A DNA stretch of 62,474 nt, counting the filler, from Chiloscyllium plagiosum (taxonomy: Eukaryota): the NCBI RefSeq assembly GCF_004010195.1. It is 4 parts of one record of this genome, joined end to end, with 100 filler letters (N's around TTAATTAATTAA, not from the genome) between each part and the next. Parts side by side here need not be neighbours in the genome. Positions count along the whole stretch, not along the records: positions 24,359 to 44,137 come from NC_057711.1; 3 more parts are not named here. One strand, written 5' to 3'. Below the pieces are notes generated by a model. The model did not search any database and had not been told where the DNA came from. It saw only the letters and a program-made list of their open reading frames with translations. Below, piece by piece: positions 25,600 to 38,479 of this stretch. Each line of letters begins with the position of its first letter. The first letter of the stretch is position 1. The position numbers were made by a program, and so were the translations under genes.

Positions 25600-26480
25600 G
25601 AATCTAATTCAAAAGCAGGTTTTACTGTGACTCTAACTTAGGTACAGCATTAACATCCCGCTTCCACCTTCCCCAATGACTCAGTGAAGGTATCTGGGAT
25701 GACACAATGAATTTATTCAAGATTTCTCAGGCGGTGTAGGCTTTCATGATTGGACATGGTTGACACCTACACAACAACGCAACCTGGCAGGGGTTAGAAG
25801 GTCCTCCTTTCCACAATCCATTTCGTGCATTCTCTTTTTTTCCTCTTTGCAGAGAAAGTGAACATGGAGAGGTTGAGAACCAGGGGCTGATGCTTCAATC
25901 ACAGGCACGTTTACCACAACTGGCAATATGTCTCCAGCTGGTCTACTGTGAAGGATGTCTTATTCCCAGAGGCTACAGATGTCAGCACTGACCTGCCATG
26001 ACAGAGTGATCCTCCTGATACAGTGGGAATCACAAATGTTGAGAGAGCTGACCCTCTGAATGGAGAGCCTGTTTTGGAGTCTTACCTCCTGCCAGCTGGA
26101 TCTCAGTGTCCATCAGCTCTGCCCAGTGGAGTGTCATGTTGAGGAGAAGGCAACTGGTGCTGGTGCTGGTTTTGCTCCTGCTGCTGGTGGTGTTTTGCTG
26201 TTGCTCTTGTTGCCCATCAGATGTTCACAGTGGAACTGCAGAAGTTGTTCCCATGCTGTCGTGAAGGCTGACAACAGGGAAGGGCGAATCAAAAGTAAGA
26301 CAGGGAACTGACTTCCAGCAAGATAGGAATCTGCTGTCAGGTACCGAGAGGACAGCTTTTATGCAGATAAATTGCTCAGAGCAGCAGCCTCTCAAGCTGG
26401 GCAGAGAGGGGAACAGAATGGGCATTTTTCATCAGGAAATCATTCCCACAATTTCTCTGGAGATGATCTATTATTAAATC
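25600..26480 (-). mobile_element. PIF/Harbinger transposon relic (transposase N-terminal part)
   Basis: Minus-strand pieces read QRVSSLNI.D..CIRRI.LS.QV.ADICSL...ILPVVV.V, like the N-terminus of HARBI1-type transposases. A paralogous copy lies at 29160-30030. Confidence 0.6.
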
Positions 26481-27389
26481 AGTGCCCTAATTTCATTTTT
26501 TTAATAAAAAATTTAATTCTTAATTCTGTTTTACTAAATCCAACATGCCTTTTGGAAACGTGAATACATTACACTGATTTGAACACCCCTTTATCGAGGC
26601 AAGTATGTGCACCTTCTAAAAGCTCGCATATATTTGTAAATCATGATTTCCCTGTCCTTAGCTGATACTATCTTAGTAAATCACACCATGATCTCGCAAA
26701 GCTCAATTTGAAGTGCTTTGTCACACTTGATTCCAGAACTTTCCTGGCTTCTAATGCCAGGCTAACTGGCCTGTCATTCTCTGCAATTGCTTTCCCTCCT
26801 CTCCTAAGTAGTGATATAAATTTACCAAACTTCAGTCTACTCACACCATCCTAGATTCCCAGCATTTTGATAATTATAACTGAAATAAGTCTTCAAAGGC
26901 TGGCATCCCTTTATCAAATCTGATATTCTGCACAATACCTTGGGAACGAATCAAGCAACACCAAGGACATGGATGAAGTAAGGCACCTGTACAGGGAATG
27001 GAAATTTAAGCCACCTGCCAGTATATAACCAAAGAGAGCCAGTCTGAGAAAGAACACGGTCCTGGAGACAAGAACTTAAAAGCATAAGAAATAGAAACGG
27101 GAGCAGAGGAATAAGCTGACCTTCATTTAGGAAGATACTATGGAATACTAACCTGATCAAAGAGGGTGCCAGCAGTTAACTACCTAGGGATGAGATCTGA
27201 AATCAACAGACCAGTCATGATAATGAACCTTTCTTTACAAATGGTTTGAAACCAAATACATTCCAACTGACACAATACAGCAGCACTTCACAGTTGGCTC
27301 CACAGCGCTGAGGATGTCAAGTAGAATGTCTGCAAACCAAATTTCCAGCTTGACGAACATACCAATAACAACTCAAAAACTCTACAACC

Positions 27390-28460
27390 TTCCCCTCAGC
27401 TTCCGATGCTCCAGGGAAAATACCCCAGCCTATTCAGCCTCTCGTGGTAACTCAAATCCTCCAGTCCTGACAACATTCTTGTAAATCTTTTCTACACCCT
27501 CTCAAGTTTAACAATGCTTCCTAAATAAGGCAGACCAGAATTGAATGCAGTATTCTAAAAGTGGACTCACCATTGTTATTTACAGCCATAAGATAACACT
27601 CCAACTCCCTTACAATGTTCTGATCAATGAAGGCAAGTGTGTCAAATGCTTTCTTCACCACTCTCGACCTACGACTCCACTTTCAAGGAACTGTGCATCT
27701 GCACCCCTAGGTCTCTTTGTTCTGCAACACTTCCCAAGACCCTACCATTAACTGTATAAGTCCGGCCCTGGTTTGTCTTATCAAAACACAACACCTCAGC
27801 CCATAAGTCCATCTGATCATGGTTCCGTGGTACACTGAGGTAATGTTCTTCGCTGTCCACTACACTAGCTATTTTACAAACTTACTAATCATGTCTCCTA
27901 TATTCACATCCAAATCATTTATATGAATTATAAAAAGCAATGACCCAGCACTGATCCTTGTAGCACACTGCTGGTCACAGACCCCCCAATCTGAAGAGCA
28001 ACCCTTTAGCATCACTACTGCCCACCTTCAAGCCACTTTTGTATCCAATCGGCTATCTCCCTCAGATCCCATGTGATCTAACCTTCCTAACCAGTTTACC
28101 ATGAGCAATCTTGTTGAATGCTTTGCTGAAGTCCATTTAGACAATGTTTACTGCTCTTCCTTCATCAATCTTCTTTGTCAACTCTTCGAAAAGCTTAATC
28201 AAGTTAGTGAAACCGATTTCCCAAACACAAAGCTATATTGAATATCCCTAATCAGTCCTTGCCTTTCCTAATGTATTTAAATTCTGTCCCGCAGAATCCC
28301 CTCCAACAACTTACTCAGCACTGGCATAAGGCTCAACACTCTATGTTTTCCTGTCCTGCCCTTACAGTCTTTCTGAAATAATGACTCCACATGAGCCAAC
28401 TTACACCAGCGTTCTGTCAACTCAGCTGTGTCTGTCAATGCTGCAAATATCTCAGCAAGT
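27390..28460 (-). mobile_element. CR1 LINE RT fragment
   Basis: ORFs with LGSVAEQRDLGVQMHSSLKVES and VLSKLLEGILRDRI. Confidence 0.85.
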
Positions 28461-29159
28461 TTATCACCCAATGATTTATTAAATTCATTCTTCAGAATTC
28501 CTTTATACTCAGTTCCAGAACATTATTGATGACTACAGTCAGGTTTACTGGCGTGTGGTTCACAACAATTGATCTCCCTCCTGTCCTGAATATCAGGGTG
28601 ATATCTGATCACATTTCTTTTGATCTTAGAGACTTTTGATATTTTATACTATACATTTGCAGGATATGGGTCTTCCTGGTCAGGCCAGAATTTATTGCCA
28701 AGAGGGCAGTTAAGAGTCAATCATATTGCTGTGGGTATTTGGTCACATCAAGGCCAGAGCAGGTAAGGATAGCAGAGTCCTTCCTTAAAGGGCATTCATG
28801 AACCAGATGGGTTTAGCCAACAATCTGCAATGATTTCCTGGTCATGATTTAACTTCAATTCTAGATTTGCATTGAATGTGTTCGATTGCAGGTAATTAAA
28901 AAGTTAATCTGATTTCAAACCCAATGTTGATCTTGCTTTGTGCACAACCTCTGCAGCTGTAACCTTGTATGCCTCGTTCTGTTTAAACATATATGATCTG
29001 TATGTCCTTATATGTCATGATCTGCCTGTATTTCACACAAAACAAAACTTTTCACTGTACTTAGATACATGTGACAACAGTAAAATTAAGTCAAATCAAA
29101 ACATTAATCTAGTGAAAATACCATAGATGTGTAGACAGGACAGGGCTCAATAATGGGTT

Positions 29160-30030
29160 GGGACTGGTTTGATTCAGGAGTGGATTTGGCTGTGACTCTT
29201 TAATTCAGCCAGAGCTTTAAAATCCTGCTTTCATTTTTCCCAACCACTCAGGAAGAATGTCCTGGATAATGGGCTGAATTTGTCAAACATTTTGGGTCAT
29301 TGCTAACATCTGCAGAACTGGACAGTAGTGCACCCCGGCTGGGTTAAAATGTCCTCCTCTCCACACAATCTATTTCTTACAGCCAGTAATTTTGTTTGTT
29401 ATCTGCTTGAAGTGAGTGGAGAACTGCAGAGTGAGGCCAAGAACCAGAGGCTGAAATTTCAATCAGACAATTTAACCTCCATTGGCAACGTGTGTTCAGC
29501 TGATCGACTGGGAAAGGAGGTCCTGCTCCCAGAGGCTTCAGATGTCAGCACCGACCTGCTATGACAGACTCAGCCTCCTGACATGGTGGGAATCGCACAT
29601 GTTGAGAGATCTGACCCTCTGTGTTTAGACCCTGTTTTGGGTCTTGCCTCCTGTCAGCTGGATCTCAGTGTCCATCAGCTCTGCCCAGCGGAGTGCCACA
29701 TGGCGAAGGAAGAGGCAGCTGGTGCTGCTGCTGGATTTGCTCCCCCTGCTGCTGCTGGTGCTTTCACTCCTTTTATTCCCCATCAGGGGTTCACAGTGGA
29801 GCTGCAGAAGCAGCTGGTGAAAGTTGACAGTGGAGAAGGGCAATTCAGGGCAAGTGAAGAGCAAGGTATCAGAGAATTGACTTCCAAGAAATCAGCTATT
29901 AATAGTCAGACAGCAAAATGACACATTCTGTGCAAAACAGACATGAGCAGCAGCCTCTCAGCTGGACAGAGGATCAGAATGAACATACCACCAGGGATCA
30001 TTGACACAATTTGATTGGGGATGTTCTATT
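29160..30030 (-). mobile_element. PIF/Harbinger transposon relic, second copy
   Basis: Collinear with 25600-26480 (shared cagctggatctcagtgtccatcagctctgcccag). Reads RV*TQRVRSLNMCDS..VRRLSLS.QVGADI.SL...LLSQS..HTLPMEVK on the minus strand. Confidence 0.6.
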
Positions 30031-30067
30031 CAATAAGGGCAGGATTAAAATTTCACATATATATTTA

Positions 30068-30775
30068 TTTTACAAGGGATACAGAACAGTAAAGCACAAG
30101 AACAGGCACTTTGGTTCACCATTTCTGTACTGACCAGAATGCCATTCTAAATTAATCTCATTTGCCCGCACATACATATCCATATCCTTTATTTTCTGCC
30201 TGTTCATGTGTCTGTCCGAATACCTCATAAACATTGCTTCTACCACCTCCCCTGGCAGCATGTTCCAGGCAGAATTGGGTACTGCAGATGCTGCAGATTA
30301 GAGTCAAGATTAGAGTGGTGCTGGAAAAGCACAGCAGGTCAGGTAGCATCCGAGGAGCAGGAAAAATCGACATTTCAGGCAAAAGCCCTTCATGAGATGT
30401 TCCAGGCTCCTACCATCCTCTGTGTAAAAACCTTCTCTCACACACCTCCTTTAAGCTTATCCCTCTCAATTTAAACTTACGCCTCTAGTATTTGACATTT
30501 CCACCCTGGAAAAAAAAAAGACTTATTATATACCATTTCTATGCCTCTCATAATTTTATATCCTTCTATCAGCTCGCTCCCTAACTTCTGTTGCCCTGGC
30601 AAAAAAATCCAAGTTTGTCCAACCTCTCCTTATTGCCGACACACTCCAATTCAGGCAAAATCCTGGTAAACCTCTTTTGCATTCTCTACAAAGCCTCCAC
30701 ATTCTTCTTATAGCGTGGTGACCAGAACTGTACACAATGCTCCAAACATAGCCAAACTAAAGCTTTTATATTCAA
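30068..30775 (-). mobile_element. CR1 3' end interrupted by a short Penelope terminal-repeat insert (30271-30396)
   Basis: CR1 tail sequence. The insert is flanked by TSD atgttccaggc (30260-30270 / 30397-30407). Confidence 0.85.
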
Positions 30776-30779
30776 TGTC

Positions 30780-33700
30780 CGGAGTACCTCAGCGGCCTGT
30801 AGTTAAAAACAGGAGAGATCGACAGGGGAATCAACAGGAGAGAAAGGAAATAAAAGTAGACCCCAGAGAGGCAAATGTTATTTAACAAATTGCCCACATT
30901 AAAAAGGAACGATAATAATGGTCCCTATTGGGAGAAAATGGACACATTGGTAGAGGGTCATTGTCTTACCAGTGATGATGTACATGTCCTTACTAAGGCC
31001 AAAATGTCTAAAAGTGTTTGGCAGAATTTACAACCAAAATTAAATGGCACACCTAGACAATCCAAAATTAATGGCCCAATGACAGACATAGCCATTTAAG
31101 GATACATTAGGTCGGAGCACCCCAAATTGGACTAAGGTGACCTTAATAATAGAGAGAACCAAAAGACTGAGGACTATGTAGAAAGGAAGTTTGAAGCACA
31201 CAATTACAATGGTAGTATGGCCCTTCCGCAATAGAGATGGCGAGTTATATTTGAAAGTACTAAAGGATGGAATTGTATCCCAGCTAGCTAAGATTTTGAA
31301 AATTGGGGTCCCAGTGTGAAATAACTATAACCAGGTCCCAAATTGGACTAGGAGGGCTGAGGCAATCAGAAAGAGAGGGCAATATGGCCAACATGAATGC
31401 AGCTCAAGAAGGAAAGCTGGATATTGAGTGTTGTAAGTGCAGCAGGAAAGGACACATTGTCAGACAATGTAGACAGAAAGGGGAGTGGGGCGGGACAAGA
31501 TAAAGATAAGGAAAAGTATAAGTGCTTGAACATGATGGGTCAGGCCATTAGAAAAGAGACTGCTGCATAAAAGAGGGCAGGAGCGAAAGCAAGGGACCAC
31601 AGGCTCCTACCATCCTCTGTGTAAAAACCTTCTCTCACACACCTCCTTTAAGCTTCTTTTACAAGGGATACAGAACAGTAAAGCACAAGAGCAGGCGCTT
31701 TGGTTCACCATTTCTGTACTGACCAGAATGCCATTCTAAATTAATCTCCCAAGCGTCCCAAAATCAAACCATTCAGGATAGGGACACTGGTGACCATGCT
31801 TGCAACATCAGGACCCTATGTGCCTACTGGGAGCAATGGCACTGCCACTTGTCATCCCGGTCTTAGTGGATGACCTGAAGTAGCTGCTACCCCAAAGATG
31901 GGTAGCGGCGCTCGGTGTGGGGTGAAGGATCCCAGATTATTTTTTGACATGCTATTATGGGGCCCAAATTATGCAATATTAATAGATACAGCAGCAACTG
32001 CATCAATTACTGATATGGATTTGCCCTTTGAACATCCAAATTAGAGGAGTTTCGGGAGGATCTAAGGAAGCTACGTTAAGTGAACCAGCCCCAATACAGA
32101 TCGGGAATGTTGTACAATCTGTTCAGGTCTGGGCTTGTGAGAATGAGGAAGAAACCCTTATGGGAATTGATCTTTTAGAACAGTTAGGTGTAGCTGTTAA
32201 CGTAGGTACTCTCCTGTCTTTTTAGGGAGAGGAAGAAACAGAGATGCTACATCTCCAGTAGCTATATTGCAGGTCGATTGGGCCAGCTAAAGGATTTGGG
32301 GGAGGGATAGCAAGGACCCAACCTACCAACAGGATTGTGGATTAATACAGGTAGATCCTGTAAAGGTTAAGAGGCGTTCTCATCTACCACATTAACATTA
32401 TCCCATTATGCCCGAGGCAGATAAACGATAGTCATGATATTTAGGGATTTAGAGGAACAAGGAATTGTCAGGCCAATTGCATCCCACACTAATGTTCCTG
32501 TCTGGCCCGTCAAGAAACCTGACAGGTCGTACCGGTGTGCAGTTGATTATACCTCTTTGAACAAGTATGCCACCAGGGAGTACCCAATAGTGACCAACCC
32601 ATCAACAATATTTAATGGCCTAAAACCTCAGCATGACATATTCTCTCTCCTCGATACTGCTCATAGAGTTTGGTCAGGACCAGTGGATTTTAAGTCTCAG
32701 AACAAGCTTGACTTTATTGTCAGGGGGACTCTATTACACCTAGGATTTCATTACAGTCAACGTGAGATTTAATAACAGTCCACCCATATTCCACCATATG
32801 GTCAAGACAATAAGTCAAATCAATAGGACAAAACCAGAAAGTACCATCCTACAGTATGTAGATGACATCTTGATTGTTTCGGAGGGCAAAAAGAAACATT
32901 TCCGGAAACTAAGCCAAGTGTGACATCAGGTCAGTCAGTCTGGATTAAAGATCAGCCCGTATAAGGTGCAATGGGAAGACACAAAGTTAAATACTTAGGA
33001 CATCAAATCAGGAATGGAAAAAAGACAGAGCAGAATGCAGCTATTGGAGTTGCCCCATACTGCGAACAGAATCTGGCATATCATGGGATTACTTAACTAT
33101 TGCAAGTTTATAGAAAATTATTAGGAATTGGCAGAACCATTACAGGCCCTGGGAAAGGGGGGAAAGTAGACCCAGAGGAGGATAGACTGATGCCCAGAGA
33201 CAGAAGAAACTTTTAATGGATTAAAGCAAGGCTTAACCTCTACACTGGCACTAGGGTTGTCCAACGGATCAAGATCCTTCTATGTTCTTTGTGAGAACAA
33301 TAACAGGTATTTTTTAACTTTAGTGTGTCAGAAACATGGCCACAGACTGTGACCAGTCGCCCACCAGCCCACATGAAGAAGATCCACAACTGCTGGACTC
33401 TACCGGGGTGCACAAGCACTGGATTGTGCAATGTGGGTAACTGAGGTGCCCGAGCCTATTAGCCTTCCTTATGGGTTAGATTATACTCCATACCCTACAC
33501 AGTTTGGCAGCATTATTAAAGCAGGCGAATGGAGGCTAGTATCTGATAGCCCCCTGAGTCAAGTGGGAATTGGTACTGCTCCCTGCAGACAAACATACTG
33601 ATAACCAAGGACAGTTCAGTGAAACTAGCAAGACTAATGGTAAAAGAACGGGATATACATGAATGTTTGAAGGTTTTCGGTAATGGAGAGATCAGGATTG

Positions 33701-35160
33701 CTGAGGAACCACTAGAAGGAGATAGAGTAATGGAGTTTTTTGTAGATAGGTAAAGGAAATATTACACACTGCTCGGGCAGTGGTGGCAATAGAGGGAGAC
33801 CCAAAAGCAGGACAACACACACCTGGAAAGTATGCAGTCCAAGTGGTTGAATTAAAGGCCTTAACTGAGGCACTGAAATTAGCTAAAGATCAGAGAGTTA
33901 ATATTTACATGGGCAGAAATTACACCTTTGGTGTGCTTACATGACTACATGATGCCTTGGGTCCAGAATGAGTAACTCATTTCATTCTGTAGTCAGAGAG
34001 CAACAGAAGGTGGTCGAAAAGTGATACAAGGAACTATTTCCAGGATGAGATGCAGAAATGGGGGGGAGGGGATGCAAGACAGTGTAGTTGCCCCCGTTGC
34101 ATAAGGTAGATGTTATTCAAAACTTATCATGGTCTTGGGAGGGATGAAATACAGCAAAAAATGACTCTATGTTGGTGGTGGCCTGAAACGAGCAGAATCA
34201 CTGCAAAGTATGGCCAAAGGTGTGTGTCATTTGCACAGGGTCAACCAGAAAAGGCAACAAGGTTAAAACTAAGTCACCAGGCCAGAGCTAAGGACCCATG
34301 GGAACAGCTACAAATGGATTTTACAGGACTATTCCCACAAACTCACGGAAAATATACAGTTTGATACTGATAGATAGATTCACCCCATGGGTGAAGGCAT
34401 TTCCCTGAAAGGGCTATTCTGCAGGAACAGTTGCAAGGATACTAATTAAAGACATTATACCCAGATGGGGGTGTCCTACGACAGACCTACTCAGATCATA
34501 TACACTTTACTAGGAAGGTGATGAAACAAGTGTGTGCCCTTAGGGATCAAATGGAAATCCCACCTTCCCTACCACCCCTATGGTTCAGGAATGCGGGAAC
34601 ATATGAATTGGATACTGATAATAGTTTAACTAACACCCTACTTGTTGACCATTTGGAGGCAATCTGTATCCACTGCTATCACCCCCATTCACGCCTATAA
34701 CCTTGGCCCTCACCACAACTGAAACTACTCCTGAACTAAAATGCAGTAGTCCCAGAGAAGGAACAATGATACAGGATTAGTATTAAAGGATATTGGGGAA
34801 CCAGTAACTTTCATGCCAGAGACACAAGGACATACAGATACTTTTCAAAAATATAACCACCTGATTGGTGCTCTCCAACCATCAACAATTGTGGTGACAC
34901 ATCTTCTACAAAGGAGAGAACTTAAGCTGCCTGAAATGATCAGGGTAAGGAAGAAAAGAGGTAATGGAATCAACAGGGGCAGGCTATGCCTCAGGGGCAG
35001 CTGTGGACAACACCTTCAATATTGGGAAAATTAATTCCCAGATTCTAGACATCTACCAGAAAATGTGTAAAATCCTAAGTGGTGGTTAGCAGAATCAAGA
35101 CTGACCCAGTTGGGTCAGTCATCCCAAGTAATTCTGAATGAAATTGAACTTCTGAAACAC
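30780..35160 (+). mobile_element. Degenerate endogenous retrovirus internal region (gag-pro-pol-env remnant)
   Basis: Motifs in order: CCHC knuckle CCKCSRKGHIVRQC (31429-31470); protease LIDTAA (31979-31996); RT WPVKKPD.SYR.AVDY..LNK and QYVDDILI (YVDD 32855-32866); RNase H FFVD...QVVELKALTEALKLAKDQRVNIY (about 33735-33910); integrase WWWP...PWEQLQMDFTG...IDRFT..VKAFP...IIPRWG (about 34110-34610); RKKR at 34948-34959. Many stops and frameshifts; no flanking LTR seen. Confidence 0.9.
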
Positions 35161-35274
35161 CTCTAGAGTACTTCCCTTTCCCACGGTACCTTGCTATGTA
35201 AGTGCAGAATGTGTAACACTTGCCCTTTCACCTCTTCCCTGCTTCCCATCCAAGGGTTTAAGCAATCTTTTATA

Positions 35275-36890
35275 GACAATAGACAATAGGTGCAGGAGTA
35301 GGCCATTCAGCCCTTCGAGCCTGCACCGCCATTCAATATGATCATGGCTGATCATTCCTAATCAGTATCCTCTTCCTGCCTTATCTCCATAACCCTTGAT
35401 TCCACTATCTTTGAGAGCTCTATCCAACTCTTTCTTAAATGAATCCAGAGACTGGGGGTCTCCACTGCCCTCTGGGGCAGCATTCCACACAGCCACCAAT
35501 CTCTGGGTGAAGAAGTTTCTCCTCATCGCTGTCCTAAATGGTCTACCCCGTATTTCTGACCATTTGAAAACACTACCTCCAATCCCATGTGCTTTAACTT
35601 TACATGTTGATGTCTTAGATGGCTCTTTGAGCCTGCTCCGCCATTCATTGTGATTATGGCTGATAATCCAATTCAATAGTTTTTCCCCCATATCCTTTGA
35701 TCTCTTTAGCTCAAGTGCTAGATCCAACTCCACTGGAATTCATGCAATGTTTTGGCCTTGACTGCATGATTATGTCTGATTCTCACACTGTTTTCAGCTA
35801 TTAAGTATTTTATAGTGGACTCTAGCATTTTCCCAACTACCAATGTCTGCCTGACTAATCTATAATTCCTGGTTTGCTCTCATCCTCTATTTTTAAATAG
35901 ATTGGTTACATTAACCCCACTCTACAATCTGTAGGAACTGTTCCAGAGTCTTGGAAGATGACCACTAATGCAGCCACTCTGTCTAGAGCCTCTTCCTTAA
36001 ATACTTTGAGACATAGATTATCTGCTACTGGGGATTTATCAGTCTTCAATTCCATCAATTTCCCCAGCGAATAATGATTTCCTTCAGTTCATCCCTCTCA
36101 TTAAATCCTGTATTCCCGAACATTTGCTGGTATGTTATTTATGCCCTTTGTGAACACAGAACCAAACTATGTATGGAGTTGGTCAACCATTTTTTTATTC
36201 CCTATTATAAACCTCTCTGTTTCTGAAGGTAGGAGACCTGCATTTGTGTTCAGTTTTTTTTCTCTATACATACCTACAAAAAGTTATACAGTCAGTTTTT
36301 ATGTTCCCGCAAGTTTGCTATCGTACTTCAATTTTCCTTTCTTAATCAATCCCTTTGTCCACTTTTCCTGAATCCTAAATTGCTTCCACTCCTTGGTTCT
36401 GTTTTTTTTCTGGCCAATTTCTGTCTGCCTGTTCTTCAGATCCTAATACTGTCTCTTATTTCCTTTGTACGCCATGGTTTGACCACCTTTCTCATTTTAC
36501 TCTGTGCCTGACAGGAATGAGCAATTGTTGCCGTTCACTTATGCTCTTCGAATGTTTGTCATTGCTTTTCCATCATCATCCCTTTAAGTAGTGTTCCATG
36601 CCATTGTAATATCTATTATTTAGATTCAGGACCTTAGTCTCAGCATCAACAATGTCACTCCACCTTAATGACAAATTCTTCCAAATTATGGCCACTTATT
36701 CCAAAAGACCTTGCATAATTAGATTGCCATTTATTCATTTCACATCACAAAATACTCAGTCTAGGATGGCCTGGTCTTCTCATTGCTTCTTCACATTATT
36801 GGTCCAGAAAATCACCCTGTACACACACCAGAAATTCCTCCTCTACGATTTTGTTACTTATTTGATTTCCCCATCTGCATGCAGATTAAA
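35275..36890 (-). mobile_element. Nested CR1 LINE fragments
   Basis: RRNFFTQRLVAVWNA...FKKELDRALKDSGIKGYG 3' end (same family as 24359-24740), followed by older CR1 ORF2 sequence. Confidence 0.8.
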
Positions 36891-37199
36891 GATGTTTTTT
36901 ATTACAAGAAGTATCAGTACAGGTTGACTGGTGTAGAGGGCCACATGTAATCTGTACTTTGAACTCCTGCTACGATAATCCCATTCCGTTCCTGAAGATA
37001 ATGGTTTCCAGAATGAACATGCCTTTTACACTTTGTAAACAAACAAATGGACAGACTAATATCTTGGAAAGAATGGTTCAGTAAGATTTTCCCAATGTAC
37101 TCCACCCCATTTTATTTTTCTCGATGCACAGAATGATGGGGCTGATACTGTAATCAGTGTGATGCGTGAGAAACCATGTTTAACTATGGTTGTATAACC

Positions 37200-37790
37200 A
37201 GTGAATTGGGTTAAGTAATTGTACAACCTCATCCAAGTGCTGCAATATGGCATGGTAGATTGAACGTGTAAATGTTAAGGCCAGTGGGAATTGCACTCTT
37301 TGACTGGTGCATGTGATTGTTTTCCAGAAGTAGCAAAAACAATGTTTTGTGAAGTTTTCTGAATTGTACCAGTGTCTGTATAAATTTAATCCTTCGAAGA
37401 GAGCTCAGCTTAAATGAGACTGCAGTTTTGAGCAATGCTGTAGTGCCAAATCGCAAACAGCATAGTTTAAAATTTAGGTGTGAGCCACATAATCTCTCAC
37501 AGTTACCTCCTGGGACAGGGCTGTGCACTGAAGCACTAAGCACATGGAATGTTCTGTGTACAGGGCGAAAGTGAGGGCTGCAGATGCTGGAGGTCAGAGT
37601 CAAGATTAGAGTGGGGCTGGAAAAGCACAGCAGGTCAGGCAGTATCCAAGGAGCAGGAAAATCGGCGTTTCGGGCAAAAGCCCTTCATGTTCTGTGTACA
37701 CACAGGTGGTTCAGATGTTTGGACCATTCAAGTCTGGAAGTAGCACAGCGTGTTCATGAGGCAGGCTTGTGTAGCATGCTTGAACGTCAA
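37200..37790 (+). pseudogene. Ancient Harbinger/HARBI1-like DDE transposase remnant
   Basis: Collinear fragments GMVD*T.VNVKA, LHSL...CD, SLNETAVLSN, SYLLG.QG and RWFRCLDHS. These parallel HARBI1 GVVDCIHVAIKA, GLHSLNCLMVCD, SLQDCAVLQQ, SWLLGDS and RFRCLDGS. A Penelope short insert (37563-37686) with TSD atgttctgtgtaca (37549-37562 / 37687-37700) interrupts it. Confidence 0.55.
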
Positions 37791-38479
37791 AGTCAGTCAA
37801 AGCAAAGTGTTGGAGAAACTCAGCAGATCTGACAGCATCTGTAGGAGAGAAATAAGGTTAACCTTTAGAGTCTAATATGACCTTTCAGAACCAAAGATGA
37901 CTCTGTTTCTCTCTCCACAGATGCTGCCACACTTATTGAGTTTCTCCAACACTTTCTGCTTTCAGTTCAGAATTCCAGCATCTATAGGGTTTTACTTTTT
38001 TTATGGAAGTGAGTCACCTGTCCTAATATCGTCCAGTGTTTGCTTACATTTTCACTATGCATTTTCTTTCTTTTTAAAATAATTCCCTGTTGAAGCATGC
38101 AAGACATTCACTGTAGAGTATAAGACACAAAGTCTTTTGAGAAGTAAAAATTTTGGAATGAATAAAACAGGATTGATTTTTTTTTGCCCATAAACCTATA
38201 TTTTTTTGAAAAAGCTTTCAGTTATCTTCATTTACTGGAATTATTTGCTTGATGATTTGGGCCTTTTTTTTAAAAATAGCATTATGTGTTTCTAAAAGAA
38301 ATAAGTTTTTGGATAGGGTGCCACAAATGTTGCTTGACTTTGTTACCTTGTCTACCTGGTCATTCTCTACATTTGCCTTTCATTTTTCATTGTGGATTAC
38401 TGTTCACTCTCTAAGGGTGGAGCAGCTGTTTGCAGCACTGATGTCACCTGAAGTCCATGTCCAAAGATGAAAATGTTGA

